Of a stretch of DNA of 64,000 nucleotides, positions 14,401 through 28,600 are shown in pieces. Every line of letters begins with the position of its first letter. Within the stretch, counting starts at the first letter, position 1. The translations under genes were made by a program, and so were the position numbers. Origin of the DNA: Perna viridis (Eukaryota); NCBI GenBank assembly GCA_037379345.1, contig CM074511.1:49172862-49236861 (forward strand), read 5' to 3'. A model generated the notes under the pieces. It ran no database searches. It was not told the origin of the DNA and saw only the letters and a program-made list of their open reading frames with translations.

Positions 14401-17400
14401 CCTTCTCTTATTTTGTGATTTATATTTTAGAAATTCGAATTTAGCTACATCCAGGACTGACTAAAATTCTTGTTATAAAGATGTAGGTTCACATCATAAA
14501 AGGTTCTTTCTTAAGGATTTATATTTATAGAAGGTTAAATCACTTAGGTCTACTAAAAAATAACCTTGAACCACAGTCTATGAATTAAAAAAAAATATAA
14601 TCCATTTTTCCATGACACTAAAAATCCTACTTCAATTGAACCTATCTCAGTGACCCCTGTATTCAGCAATAACAAGACTATGAATAAAATATCCCTGTTT
14701 ATTGCATTCTGTCTGTCTTACCTGACAATGACCCTAGAACGGTCACTTAAGACAGGTTTGACTGTTCCATCTCAAGACCATGCTGAAAATCAGTATAAAT
14801 ATAGCTGCCAACCAGCTAAAACAAGCATTTAATGCCAATAGTCAGTATAAATATGGCTGACAAGAAGCTTAAGCAAGTATTTAATGCCAATAGTCAACTA
14901 CTTTGTTTCTCTTTTTTTTCAGCATAAATCATTACAAGGAAAAAATAGGTAAATTATCATTAAGTTCAGTCAATGTAATGACTGGGCAGTAGAAAGAGGA
15001 GTAGCAATATTCAGGAAAACCTTTTTTTCCCTCAATTGGGGTAGAACAATTAATGAACAAATCACATAAAAACATGTCATTTAAGATGTGATTATTCCTT
15101 ACTTCTAAATACGAGGCAACAATATTCTAACTGACAAGATAATTTATCTATCTACAGCTATAATGATGAGGGACAACATCTTCACCTTGTCATCCACCTA
15201 CACTGATACCAAAAAGTTGACACCTGACTACAAACTCTACCAAAGTTATTTATTATACTATGAATCTATTACTAAATTTCCTGGATATGAAGTCAGAAAT
15301 TGACCACAATGTATTATGACTGTCTGCTAGGTACATGTAAGGCTAAAGATTGGAGCCCTTTCCTGCTCATCAACATGGTCTGCTACTTATACTGTCAACT
15401 TTTACTTTTATTACTTCCTTTATTGTAGAATACTATATTGTTTACTTTAAAAACTAGCTGAGCCAATGAAATTACACAAAGTAAAAACAACATCTACTCT
15501 TTTTCTAACACAACTTTCTGATGTGGTAGAAATGATGACGATAGCAGTCTCAACTGAAAGCATATGAAAAAATCATAAATCTCAAAACAGAATAGAACAG
15601 TTTGGTATATTTTCTTTGTATGATACTAGCCTTATCACTAAGATAATCACACTATTTAGTTAGGAGAAGGGTTAAAAATAAGCAAATAATATATCATCTG
15701 TGTATGACCTGAACGTGGCCAAATGGAATTTGCTTTGAATTAAATATCATAAAAATAAGTCAATTGGTAAAAATATGAATTTTCAAGAATAATTACTCAG
15801 CACATAACATTAAAATAATGTGTGCTTTTTTAATCAATGATTTGTCTTCAGGTATTGATATAATGATTTCCATTTTTTATATGGTAGAACTGTTCATTCA
15901 TCATCTGAGTTGCAATGCTACTGTATTTTCTCATGTGAATTTTTCAAAGATTCCATTAATCAAATAGAAATTATCTTAATCACAGCAGATAATTTGTAGA
16001 TAAAAAGAAATTCAATATACCCAGTATACAGATTTTTTCAGTTTTACAAAAGTCTTGATGAATCAGTTTTAAAATGCTCCTCCCTTAGATGTCATAAAAC
16101 TCAATTCATGTTTCAGCAAGAATTATATGGTGGAGAATTGGACACCAATACTGCTGACCTATCAACTACTCTTTCATAAAAAAAAAGTTAGGCGTTTCAT
16201 TAATCTCCCTCTATATACCCTTTAAATCTAACCTGTCATGAGGAAAAAATTAACCGTTAACATGATTGGATTACAATCTTTTAAACATCATGTCTTTATA
16301 CATTTGTTACGATAATTTGTTTTATCTTCTTGTCATCTTTGTTTTGTTTTCAACGTAGTCAGTTGGAACAAGGCTTCTTTCAAAACAAGTGATCCTGACA
16401 AAAAACGTGAACACCTTTCCAATACATTGTTATACCTTCGATTGATGCACGCACATCTTACCAATCAATGTAGTTCAAGTTTCCAAAACAAATGACTTTA
16501 CCTACTAAATATACAGTTCGAACAATAGATATACTTATTTACGAGATACGCTACGTGAGGTTTCAAAAGTAACACTAGAATTATTTATCAGTGTATAAGG
16601 CTGTATGACCACCCTAAGAGCTGATACACATGACAAATTCATCTAATTAAACTTTATCTACAATCTCTCAATTCTTCTCCCTAAAATACTTATGATAATA
16701 TTTCAACATACTTTTATCAAAGGTCAGACAAAAGATTTGATTTCAAGTGTTTACAATACCACTATTTTGTGAGAAAAATCTGAATCATCCTCCATTTTCA
16801 GCTTTAACAGTTGTATCATGACCATTGTGACACTGGATATTACCTTTCATGTACAAGTAACCCTAAAGACTACCAGATACTATAAATCACACAGAATTAA
16901 TAATAACATAGCAATTGACTAAGCTTCATTTAGCATATAGATATGGCTCAATCAGTCTCTTTCACACTTTCAGCTGCTGTTGCTACATTTGTAAAGCTTT
17001 ATTCAGTAATTTAAATATAACAGAGATGAAACTCTATCTCTATCCTCTGTTGTAAAAAATTAAGTAAAAACACTGCAATTATTTACAAAAATCTTTCTAC
17101 TTCAAACTAAAAAAGTAATACTTTGGGATTATTTCTTTCTTTTGGCATTTTTAGAGAAAGGGTTTGAAGAAAATACTGCTGTTGGTTAAATTAAATTTGA
17201 AGACAAAATAAAAAAAAATTCACTGATATGTGAGCTAGTTGTAATGAATATCCTAAAAAGTAGTATCCACATCCAATCCCGATAGGACATAAAACCAATG
17301 TACTTCCTTCAAAAAACAGTGTGAAAGAAAAAAGTAGAAGTATCTTACCACATAAAAACATAAAGCCAGTTAAAAATACAAATCTTTTCAATTAAAAACA

Positions 17401-19557
17401 ACAAGACAGGACATGGTATGAATAATAATGACATAAAAAACCTCTTGTACTCATATACATCAAAGCTATAGTAAAAATATTTGCTAACTCATTGGCTAGC
17501 TATTATAGTAGCAGATTTAATTAGTTCCTGGTTCTGTACTTAATTTTATTAATAAATTAATGCTATAATCATACTAGTAGAAGTAAGTCTTTTAGTTATA
17601 TGCACAAACAAATCTCTTTACAGAATCATCCACATAAAAAATCAGGGCAAAAAAAATGTAATTTAATTCCTGATATAATTTGCAAAAAGATAGACTTTAC
17701 CCTTCAGTGCATTCAGTGGATCCACAGGGCGGGATCTGGAGGTCAACCCCCCCCCTTTGTTGGAAAATTTTCTTAATTTCATTCAAAATCTGGGCAAGAA
17801 TGAGCAAATAATAGCCTGGAACCCCCATCAAATCTCTTGACTCACACCAATTATTTACCTAAATAATTACAGCAAAATGTGAAAATCAAGTTCCTATATA
17901 TTTGAATTTAGATTTCAAGTTAAAAATAAGTAATGTACTGGTAAATTGTAAAAACAATAATTGTTCTCATTAAAACTATTATTACTAATACACTAAAAGC
18001 ACCATTACTCAAATTACCAAATAGAAAGAAGTTTAGAACTAGAGCAAGCTGATTTTGTATTTGGTATTTTAACCAGTAATCATGTTAAGCCATCATTTTA
18101 ATTCAATATAAATCTCCATTTGCTATTCTATACCCTATAGTTGTGTCATTACAAGGTACCAATTATCTGAATAAATATGTACGTAGGGGATCATCCAAGC
18201 CCCATTTAAATCGCACTGGGGTTATTCTACCCTCAATTACCCTTCCTAGTGAATTATTGCTGAATAGACAAAATTCATTCACTCATAATTACACGGTATA
18301 TCTTAAATGTGCCTCGTTTACAAACTTTTTATTCTCTCCCTTTCATTGAAGTGAGAGCATGGGGTCAAAACAATGAGTATGGATAAAAGTTTTTCTACCT
18401 ACATCAAAGTAAAGTAATTTAACTTGTCACCCTGCCCATTTTGCTCTTGACATAATAAGCCCCATCTATCGAACATTGACCACATTCCAAACTAAGTCAG
18501 TACAATACATGTACCTGATCAAAGCCTATAAATATACCACTTAACAATCCCGATCTTTATATTTGCTCAGTCTCAGTTCATGATTTAGATTTTTTCTCTA
18601 ACTTTATTTAAATTCAACCAGAACTAAATGAACCTGTATGAGAACTAAACTAAATTAGTAAGTACATGTAGTACTTTAAAACTCAAAATTAAATTCATAA
18701 ATGACCATATACATGTATTTACCAACATCCACACAGAAAACAAGATTACTTAAAGTTCATGTATTGATCAAATTGAGCTTTCCTGTAAAAAGGAACTGAC
18801 CATGATTTTAGTAGTAATAGCTATTAGACTGTTGTGAAGACTACTTCCTCCCCACAACATGACAAAAATAAAGAGGTCTTCCAGTTATAAAACAGAAATG
18901 AACAACCAATTCGAAATGTGTCATGGGCAATAACTCTTACAAAATAATTCAGGGAATCATCAACTTACAGTTATTTCATGTTTACGACAAAATATAACTT
19001 CATATATAATCAAAACTGTATTTTTTGTATAAAAACAAATCAAACAGAATTGTTCTGTTGAACAGAAGAATGCATGTAAAATGTTTAATACAGCAAGATT
19101 ATGGTTGACATACACACTGCTAGCATACTGAATAGATGAGATGCATCACTGTTCATCCCATTCTTTACATTACTAACATGCAAACTGAATAACTCAGAAA
19201 AAAAACAGGATTTCATACATTTGTGTCTGAAAACAAAGTAACATTGATACCAACCCTAGGGAACTCCTATCAACAAGTGTCTGTTCATAAAGTTAACAGT
19301 AATTTATTGTATTATTCATAGCCTCAATTGCACATTGCTAATTCATACCAAGGGATTTTATACAAAAACTAAGGACAATTTTGTTCTAAGATATATTTTA
19401 TTCTAACTTCATCAATGGTAAATAATATTGCTGCTCAAACATGTGGTTTTATCTGGCTATATTGGACTTGACAAGTTAAGCAAATATCAAAATGTATTCT
19501 ATAGTCATGGTTAAATGAAAGTTTACCAACAGAAGTCATAATACAAGCTTGTTTATC

Positions 19558-19770
19558 TACTATTAACCAGGAAATTTTCGCACCACATTTTTTTTCATGG
19601 TTTCTGCGATCAGTTTGCCTTCATGAAGTTTTAAATTTGGGACCATTGTCAAATTGTATTGTATGATTTTCAAAGAAAATATTAAAGACAATTTAATATT
19701 TTAGATATGGGTCTTACCTGCAAAAAATGAAAAAAATAAAACTAAAGCATAAATTTCATGGTTTACAGCA
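19558..19770. mobile_element. TA-targeting (Tc1/mariner-like) MITE, degenerate
   Basis: Left end tactattaaccaggaaattttcgc matches the reverse complement of the right end, tgctgtaaaccatgaaatttatgc. Confidence 0.6.
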
Positions 19771-19921
19771 TACTAACTTGTTCTGCAGATGACTAAAAAG
19801 CTGCAGTCAACACTGAATAAACAAAGCTACACGATGTGTTTCAAAATTTTGGCTTATTTTTATGAGAGTGATAAAAGCTATGAATTTTTTTCTGACACAG
19901 TCGGTATAGTTTCACTTTTTA

Positions 19922-20085
19922 CCCTTTGACCTTACGGACACTCTTCTATTGAAACGCAAGTCACCTGATCGCAATTTTGTTTCCCAATTGGCCAAATAGT
20001 GATAACTAGGTGGCATTCGAAAAAACGAAATGTAGAAACTTATAAGTAAAAAGAACAAACTTTTACTGTGTTGGTTATCTTTTTT
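19922..20085 (+). repeat. Interspersed repeat, copy 1 (paralogous to 59293-59498)
   Basis: Shares tttgacctt..gcaagtcacct..ccaattggccaaata..gataact..ttcgaaaaaac..gaaatgtagaaa..ttataagt..aaagaacaaa..ttttactg with the 59.3-kb copy; this copy lacks an internal ~43 bp. Confidence 0.85.
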
Positions 20086-22359
20086 AAAGATAGTACTTGT
20101 TTATATTATCATCTACTAACTTAAGAGCCTTTCAATTAAAGAAAGTAAATGTATAGAGCAATGAAAATGTAGTGACATTATTAGAGCTGAAGATAAATTA
20201 GAATGTAAAAATGTATGGCCTAATGGAGGCTTTCAAATTTTTTCCTCATAATAACTTATTAAATTGAATAAAAAAAATTATATTACTGTAAAAAAAAGTA
20301 CAAAACAGTGGCTATATACGTTTAGTGAAATCACTCATGTGCCCTTTCTACAGAATAACGTAAGTCTTTTCTCTATAAATCATAGCATCCCTTGTGGAAT
20401 GTTACTACTATTGATTGTTTCCATACAATTTTCTTTTGCTACAAATTCCCTGGAGATTTTTTTTTAATTACAAAGACTAAGTTTGAACTGGTGTTTAACT
20501 TGGTAACATGCTAGCATATTTGTCACCAGCTGAAAATAGGGATGCAATCTAGAAATAAGTCAATGATTTAGGACCAAACATGGCACAGATTTATAGAGAT
20601 AGCTATGAACAAGAGATCTTCACACCATTAGGCTATATTTCTTCAAAGAAATGAATGAGATGCCACAAAATGCAAACTTTGCAAAAATTGTATTAGAATT
20701 ACTAAAATGTGATTGATTCCTTTTCAACCCATAAAAAATGCTTTAAAGTAAAGCCTTGCATGGACTGTATGATGATGATACACAAGAATATATCTTTCTG
20801 CAATTACTTAAAGATCTACCAAATACAAGTATGAGATATATGAAAAAAACCTTGCTAAACATTTGCATATTTTATTGTCTGTTATAATCAATTTACAATC
20901 TTGTACATGGTTATAGCATTTCAGGTCAATCTATTTTGAAATTTTAAAAATCTTGTTATTGTTTTTACTTATTTACCCTATAAAATAAATGAAATCATAC
21001 ATAGTATTGTGAAATGTAGAACCTGGGATGACTCCAGTCTCATTAGAAGGAATCTTTTATACTAATTAGAATGTCATATATTAATAAATATACTTTTTTT
21101 CCAGATTCAAAAGGTCAAACTCCTGAAATGGAAAAGTTTCATGATTATTTTGTTATCCTTTCAGGAAGCTTCTTAAACTTAAGAAGCAAAATTAGAAAAA
21201 GTCAAATGTTTTCTTAGAAATTTTAAGATAAAAACTGTCCAGCAGTTCTGATGGTGAATTTTAACATACTCATTTTCACTTCTTCCTATAACTCTTCACA
21301 CTGTACAACAGATAAATATTGAAACAGGGTTAACAAGAGGTCCCAAGCTACTATAGACCATTAAATCTACCTATAGACATGGACAATAAGCAACCTTCTC
21401 ACAACAAGTGATGGAACCATTCTAGTCTAATGTAAATTGACTTGTACACAATATAGAGACCCTCTATAATTATTAACTGTTGTAAGTCATTACATGGCAT
21501 CCATTCACAATTATACATACCAACTTGGTCTACTAATGGTCAATGTTTTTAATTAAACCACAAAACAAATGTAATGACAATAACAAGTTAGTCCTGACAA
21601 AACCCTATATCTCTGATGATGTGTGGTATACTATGTTACATTATTCATTTCCAATCCCATGGGATATGATGCTAAATAACATGAATTACAACCAAATATA
21701 GCCTTGCCTAGAACCAAGTATGCAAGATATTCTCAACTCAAATTTAAACTTATCAAATTTGCCAGAAACATGCAGTTTCAAATGGTTTAAAGACATCAAT
21801 TTGTTGACTCAGGTCAAATTTACATCACATGGTATTTACCAATTGAACTGAACAATAATGTATGTCATGGTACATTTAAGGAGAAATGAGTGGAATCAGC
21901 AGATATGTTTAACCACCTTTAATCAATGGAGTATTGATCTCACTGCAGGGAAAAGGAAAAAGAAAACACAGTATTGGAAAAAATTCCAACACTATATCTG
22001 AATTAACCCTGTCACCTTTTCAAGACAAGTGAATTTAATGGATAAGAGCTGTTATTGTCAACAAGTCTACATGAGTTTCATCACATCCCAAAACAACAAA
22101 CCTAAAAGACTATCAACACCAACAACAGACATACACAAATATCAACAACAAACTTACATGAATACATAGACATTACCAGCAAAAACCTAAAAATATCAAC
22201 ATATAACAAAAAAAACTGAGATAAGTCTTTTCTGTTCGATATTGTCAATAAAATGGTGCATTTGTTAAATATTCTTTCTTTGTGTTGCTTTCATATATTT
22301 TATAATGATATGAAAATATAAAATTATCATTTTTGTGTCACCACTACAAAAAGCACTAG

Positions 22360-22830
22360 GCTGCAGGGGTATATGTGGGTTCATGTTGAAATGAACTTAT
22401 AAAAAAACTTAACATTAAACTTTAACATTGAATTTTCTAAGTCAACAGACCATGACTGCAAAAGTATGCGTAAAATTGGCATGAATATGTGATACAATGA
22501 TGGTAATGCATCTGTACACAAAACATCATAGACCTAGCATAAGGAGTTCATGTTGAAATGAACTTATAAAAAAAACTTAACATTTAACTATAACACTGAA
22601 ATTTCTAGGTCAACAAACCACGACTGCAGGGGTTTATGTATAAAATTGACATGAATTTGTGATGCAGTGATGGTAATGCCTCTTTACACCAAATATTATT
22701 GACCTAGCATTACAGGTTTATGTTGAAATGATCTGATCAGAAAACAAGTTTGTGGATGTCGCCGTTGCCACCACCGTCAAAGCAAACACTAAGTCTCGCC
22801 CTCCATGACTTTCGTCAAAGGCGAGACAAA
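22360..22830 (+). mobile_element. Non-autonomous Helentron/HINE-type element with ~167-bp core repeats
   Basis: Tandem core units (gttcatgttgaaatg at 22379, 22546 and ~22716), then a GCC/ACC microsatellite-like tract, a 3' hairpin GTCTCGCC...GGCGAGAC (22793-22827) and an A-rich end. This is the typical architecture of bivalve HINE/pearl-like elements. Confidence 0.75.
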
Positions 22831-23039
22831 CAACAACATTACTTACAACAAATTTTCACAAAATATCAACACAACACCACCAAAAAAAATTTTAAATATC
22901 TTAAAACATCATCAAAGTTACTAAATACCAACTGTACTTTGATATCAACAATTTAAAAGAAACAAAATTACAGGAATATGACAGCAATACCACTAACAAA
23001 CTTACATGCATATAAAGACAAAATCAATACACCTACATG

Positions 23040-24320
23040 TATGTATATCAACAAAAACAGACCTTCAAGTGTATCCACAAGCAACAAATCTTTCTGTATA
23101 TTTAACAACAAACCATCATTTATATCAATAACAACAAACCATCATATATATCAAAAATCAACAAACCTTCATTTATATCAACACACAATAAATCTTATTA
23201 TTGATAAACAATCAACAATCCTTCACGTTTATCAACAACCACCAAACCATCATGTATATCAACGACAACAAACCATCATGTATATCAACAAACAACAAAC
23301 CATTGTGTATATCAACAAACAACAAACCATCGTGTATATCAAAAAACAAAAAACAATCATGTTTAACAACAACCAACAAACCATCATATATATAAACAAT
23401 CAACAAACCATAATGTATATCAACAATCAACAAACAATCATGTTTATCAACAAACAACAAACCATCATGTTTAACAACAAACAACAAACCATCGTGTATA
23501 TCAACAAACAACAAACCATCGTGTATATCAAAAAACAACAAACTATCGTGTATATCAACAATCAACAAACCATAATGTATATCAACAATCAACAAACAAT
23601 CATGTTTAACAACAAACAACAAACCATCATGTTTAACAACAACAACAAACCATCATTTATATCAACAACCACCAAACCATCATGTATATCAACAACAACA
23701 AACCATCATGTATATCAACAAACAACAAACCATTGTGTATATCAACAAACAACAAACCATCGTGTATATCAACAATGAATAAATCATCATGTATATCAAC
23801 AATCTACAAACCATCATGTATATCAACAATCTACTAACCATCATGTATATCAACAATCAACAAACATTCATGTATATCAACGAACAACAAACCATTGTGT
23901 ATATCAACAAACAACAAACCATCATGTATATCAACAATCAACAAACCATCATGTATATCAACTATCAACAAACCATCATGTTTAACAACAACAACAAACC
24001 ATCATGTATATCAACAATCAACAAACCTCCATATTTATCAACAACCACCAAACCATCATGTATATCAACAATCAACAAACCATCATGTATATCGACAACC
24101 ACCAAACCATCATGTATATCAACAATCAACAAACCATCATGTTTAACAACAACAATAAACCATCATTTATATCAACAATCAACAAACTTCCATGTTTATC
24201 AACAACAACAAACCATCATGTATATCAACAACCACCAAACCATCATGTGTATCAACAATCAACAAACCTTCATATATATCAACAAACAATAAACCTCCAT
24301 ATAAATACACAAACAATCAT
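23040..24320. repeat. 27-bp (with 24-bp variants) A/C-rich minisatellite, ~1.3 kb
   Basis: Unit aacaaaccatcatgtatatcaacaatc. Accounts for ORF-track entries 22978..24420 (QQTIMYINN, KPSCISTT and NHHVYQQ repeats). Confidence 0.95.
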
Positions 24321-24419
24321 GTACCTGTTTGTAGACCAAAAGCCAGACACCTTTGGCATGTATAAATTTTCCAAAAGTAATGTACTACAGGTAGCATACA
24401 TTTGTATACTGCTGAAATA

Positions 24420-24800
24420 AATTGCTCAAAATATAAGAATCCATAATATGAGGTGCACTTCTTCAAATGTTTATAATCACTATGCAAAGTTTGAATAATA
24501 TCGGATTAAAACGTTTCGATTACACAAAATAACTACTGTTCACAACACAGATGACAAAATATGGCTTGGTTCAACATACTAAAAATGTAGGATCAAGTTT
24601 ATCAAATTTCTCCACAATAAATGGTGCACATCTTCAATATGTATATAATCACAAAACAAAGTTTGAATAATATTTTACTTATAGATTACCCTTAAGCATG
24701 ACCGACAAACAGATGGGAGGACTGACAGACAAAATAAAGTGGCTGGATGGATTCGAATGTCTAATAGATCAGCTTTCTCCATAGGTGATCCAGGTAAAAA
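24420..24800 (+). mobile_element. Degenerate HINE-type element, second family
   Basis: Two copies of ggtgcac(t/a)tcttcaa..ataatcac..caaagtttgaataata (24452, 24623), then a GACA/GATG microsatellite-like tract and a decayed terminal hairpin ending in ggtaaaaa. Confidence 0.55.
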
Positions 24801-25156
24801 CTGACCACCACTATAATTTCTTATCTTTAATGGTGATATTTGATTCTACAATTAGTTTTGCATCACATGAAAGCCAACTTAAATCATACTTATGGTGTAT
24901 ATTTGCTGCTTTTAAGATCAAAATAGAACCAGTAATAAAGATGTTCATAAAAATATTGATAATTAGAGACCCATAAATTGACGGTTTGTTTTTCTTCAGA
25001 TGATCAGTAAAATAACCTCAACAAACAGTGGCTTGAATTTCATATAACCGGGAGTTTCATGAACAGTACAAAACAGTTTTATATGTAAGTATAGAATTTC
25101 TCAATATCATAATTACAATACAGCAATAATCATAATATACAAACACCTGAACCTAC

Positions 25157-25323
25157 CTGTGTGCCACACCCCTTTCATGAAGATAATGAACAGCTGATAT
25201 CAACTGTCTCATATATATCCTGGCTTTGTCTTCTGGAAGGCAGTTTTCTTTATGGGTCTTGATATAAGCCAGTAAATCTCCCCCAGCAGCACATTCTAAC
25301 ACCAAACAATACAAGGTAGTAGC
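25157..25323 (-). CDS. Coding exon 3 of the HUNK-like Ser/Thr kinase (subdomains V-VIb; gene continues beyond the window's left edge)
   Basis: Acceptor tttgcag|GCT and donor CAC AG|gtaggt (phase 2, splitting the Arg of HRD); 167 nt. Encodes ATTLYCLVLECAAGGDLLAYIKTHKENCLPEDKARIYMRQLISAVHYLHERGVAH(R). Lies within ORF-track entry 25153..25365. Confidence 0.95.
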
Positions 25324-25327
25324 CTGC

Positions 25328-25690
25328 AAACAGAAAATCAGACATAAACAGACAATGAGAGTCATTTACAGAAAATCACGGTCATAAATAAAAAAATATA
25401 GTAATAAACAGAAAAACATAGTCATAAACAGACAATTAGTCATAAACAGAAAATCAGTCATTAACAAAAAAATCATAGTCATCAACAGAAAATCACAGTC
25501 ATAAAGTCATTAACAGAAATCTTTGTCTTAAACAGATAAGCATAGTCGCAAACAGAAAACCAGTCATAACCTGAAAATCATAGTCATTCATAGAAATTTG
25601 TACTCATCAACAGAAAATCATAGTCACAAACAGAAAATCAGAGTCATCAACAGATAATTATGGTCATCAACAGATTATCATGGTCATCAA
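25328..25690. repeat. ~20-bp degenerate minisatellite abutting the exon 3 splice acceptor
   Basis: Unit approximately aaacagaaaatcatagtcat, roughly 18 copies. Confidence 0.85.
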
Positions 25691-28600
25691 TATTCGTACA
25701 GACCTAAGATATTTTGATGAAAGTTACATTCCATAGTTCGTGGAACAGATTTTTTTTGTTTTTGTTTTTGTTTTATCTTATTCTTCTCATTATTTTTTTA
25801 TTGTTCAAACACACATTTTGAAAATTTACATTGAAAGTTACACCCCATAACTATATGAATGGACCACACTCCACGACAAACAGAGAATCAAGTGTCAGTG
25901 CTTGTGATGCCATGAAAGCATTATCTTATATGAATTGAATGCACATAACACCTTATGAGGCAAATTGAATGCTATATCTTATCTAAATCCTAGATTGGTA
26001 ATTTTCTTAAAATTAAAACTTAGACAGCATTTTCACAGCATAAGACCTCCCTTTTAAAGAGAAAGATTGGAAATGAAAACATTTCATTTCCTAATGATTC
26101 CAGTAGAGATGAAATTAATATATGTTTAATTATCTCTCTGTTGACACTTAGATCTAGACCATGTTAAAACCTTGAAAAACTTAAAATCAATATTTGTGTA
26201 TTTTGCACTAATACTCTGAATTTGAAATTTAACTTGCAATTTTTTTTCTCATGGTGAAATCATTATATTACTAACAAGAGAAGTACAAGACTATGAGTAG
26301 AAACTTATTTAAAAGTTAAGTTTTTCACCCATTCTTTGTAAAAATTAATAGCTGAATGAAAAAAAAAAGATAAGCCATTAATTAATGGGGGTCAGTTTTA
26401 TTTTGTATTTGAACTTCACTGCTGCACTATGGTTTCAGTTTCACACAAATCCAACTGTTTTATAATATTTTTTAAAACACCCTCTGCCATAGTTAAAATA
26501 AAACCATTGTCCTGAATAACCATTTGATATTCCTGCAAGTTCAAACTTCTTATGTAAGGTTTCGAATAAATGAACTTGCATTACTTCAAAATCTAATTTT
26601 ATAAATAAAGCAACAATGTTATTCATTTTAAGTGTTACAAATGACATTCACCTACAAAATAAATTGACTAACATATAGAGTTACTGGGTAAGCTTTGATC
26701 CAAAAGACAACCTGCTGACATTAACAGGGTGAAGATGACATTTACCTAGAAACCAAATCTTATTTCAAGTTATAATAAAACATTGAATTTATGTCACTCT
26801 TTCCATAATTTGTAGTTACAAACCTCAGTTATCACTTGATATAGGACTCGTGCTGGCCTATTTTCATAGTCCTTAGCTTGGAGAGTGAGGTGTAAAATAC
26901 CTTATCTGTGCCAATGAACTATACTATATATCAAAGTCAGTCAAGTTCACAAAAGGCATCAGATTCAGAAACAAACTGCATGACAGCTACTTTGTTTTTT
27001 GTTTTGGGAGGAGGAGGGTGGAGATGGAGATGGGAGTGCATGATCTTTTAAAACCCAGTATCCAATTATTCCAAAACTCTTACAGCTAAATACTAGGCCT
27101 AGATGTTTTAATCATATGAAGAATACAGTATTTTAAAGTCAAGTTTGCCTAACCTTAAAATGTTACTTTTTTTAATGATTATCAAATTCATTGTCTTTTC
27201 ACAAGGCTCGAAATTTTACCTATTTCAGTCATAAAAGCATAGTTCTCATTCTAAAAGAATTAAGGAGATTTTAAGAGTAACCTTCATAAATTCATTTTTT
27301 TTTTTAAGTTTTCTAAATATGTAAACATCCCAAGTATTACAGTCTTTGCATTCTGATTTATATTGTGTAACTAAATCAACAATTTGTTGAAATATGATAT
27401 AGATTTTCAAAAATATTTAAAAACTGAAGGTAAAGTTGATAACAATCTTAACTTTGGAATTCATCACAGTCAGCGATTAGTATGGAACAAATTTCAATCT
27501 TATCAATTGAGTTAATTGTATTAGTAATTCAAATGACTACTAACTTAGGTAATTTTCAGAAATTTACCTGCAAAAATGAATCAATACCTTACCAAAAGTG
27601 TAGAGTTTCAGAAAACAGTTAAACATAATTAAAGCAACAATGTTCTTTGTGTTAGATTGGGGAATATAAAGGTTTGATTATGGTTCAGTCTTCCACATGA
27701 TCATTCAGATATCATCTTGAGATTAAAATCTGGTAAAACTGACTAAATAGAAATGACACCTGTCTGACCGATTTGTGGTATTCTCAAAGACACAAATGCA
27801 ATACACTAAAATTAGTGCAATTAGGCAGACATAAACTGACAAATATGTAACAATTAATGTAACATAAAACTAGGTAAAAACACTTTAAAATGTGAAGAGT
27901 CATCTTTATATTTACTTAAACAGAAATAAAATGCCTAATAATATCCATTTTTACAAGAAAAATACTGCAATAAATCTCACTTTTATAAAATATACCTACG
28001 ATTTTAAACTCTTTTTCTAGTCAACAAATGACATTACATATAAACATATTAATAAAAATAAACATCAATGAAACAACTTCAACTTCCTGTAATTTAAATC
28101 AGTAATAAAATTACACCATTTTATAAATTACGCTACTCAGGTTTGACTAACAAGCTACATAGCTGTAACTATTCTATGCTTTTCCCTACCACAACCTGGG
28201 ACTTTTTCTCTGAACTGTCAGGCCTTATTTTGCTAAATTTATAGTCCTTCATATTACTTGTTATTGTTTGCCAACAGTCAGGTAACTATTGAAAGGCAAG
28301 CATCCTAGCATTAGTTTTAAAAAAGCATTCTGATTTGATTACTGTTAAGGTGCTGATCAAAGAAAAGGTTTGGCTGACCTCCCCTTTCCCCCCCCCAAAA
28401 AAAAAAATCTGATTTTTTTTTTTCATGAAATCTTGATTTTTCACAAATTCCACACTCAAAAATAATATTGCCTTGCTAAGCTCACTCTATAATTCTATTT
28501 ATGTCATCCCTTAACTAAAATCCTGGATCACCAATAAGACATTGGCATTAAAAATATACATTTCAATGCCCCTGAAAGGAAGCTTTTGGAATTTGTCAGC

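Noticed and set aside
22978-24420. Long ORFs with QQTIMYINN nonapeptide repeats resembling a beta-solenoid or amyloid protein
   Set aside because: The 27-bp unit has no stop codon in any plus-strand frame, so ORFs arise automatically. The frame shifts freely along the array, and it is intronic and antisense with no gene signals.
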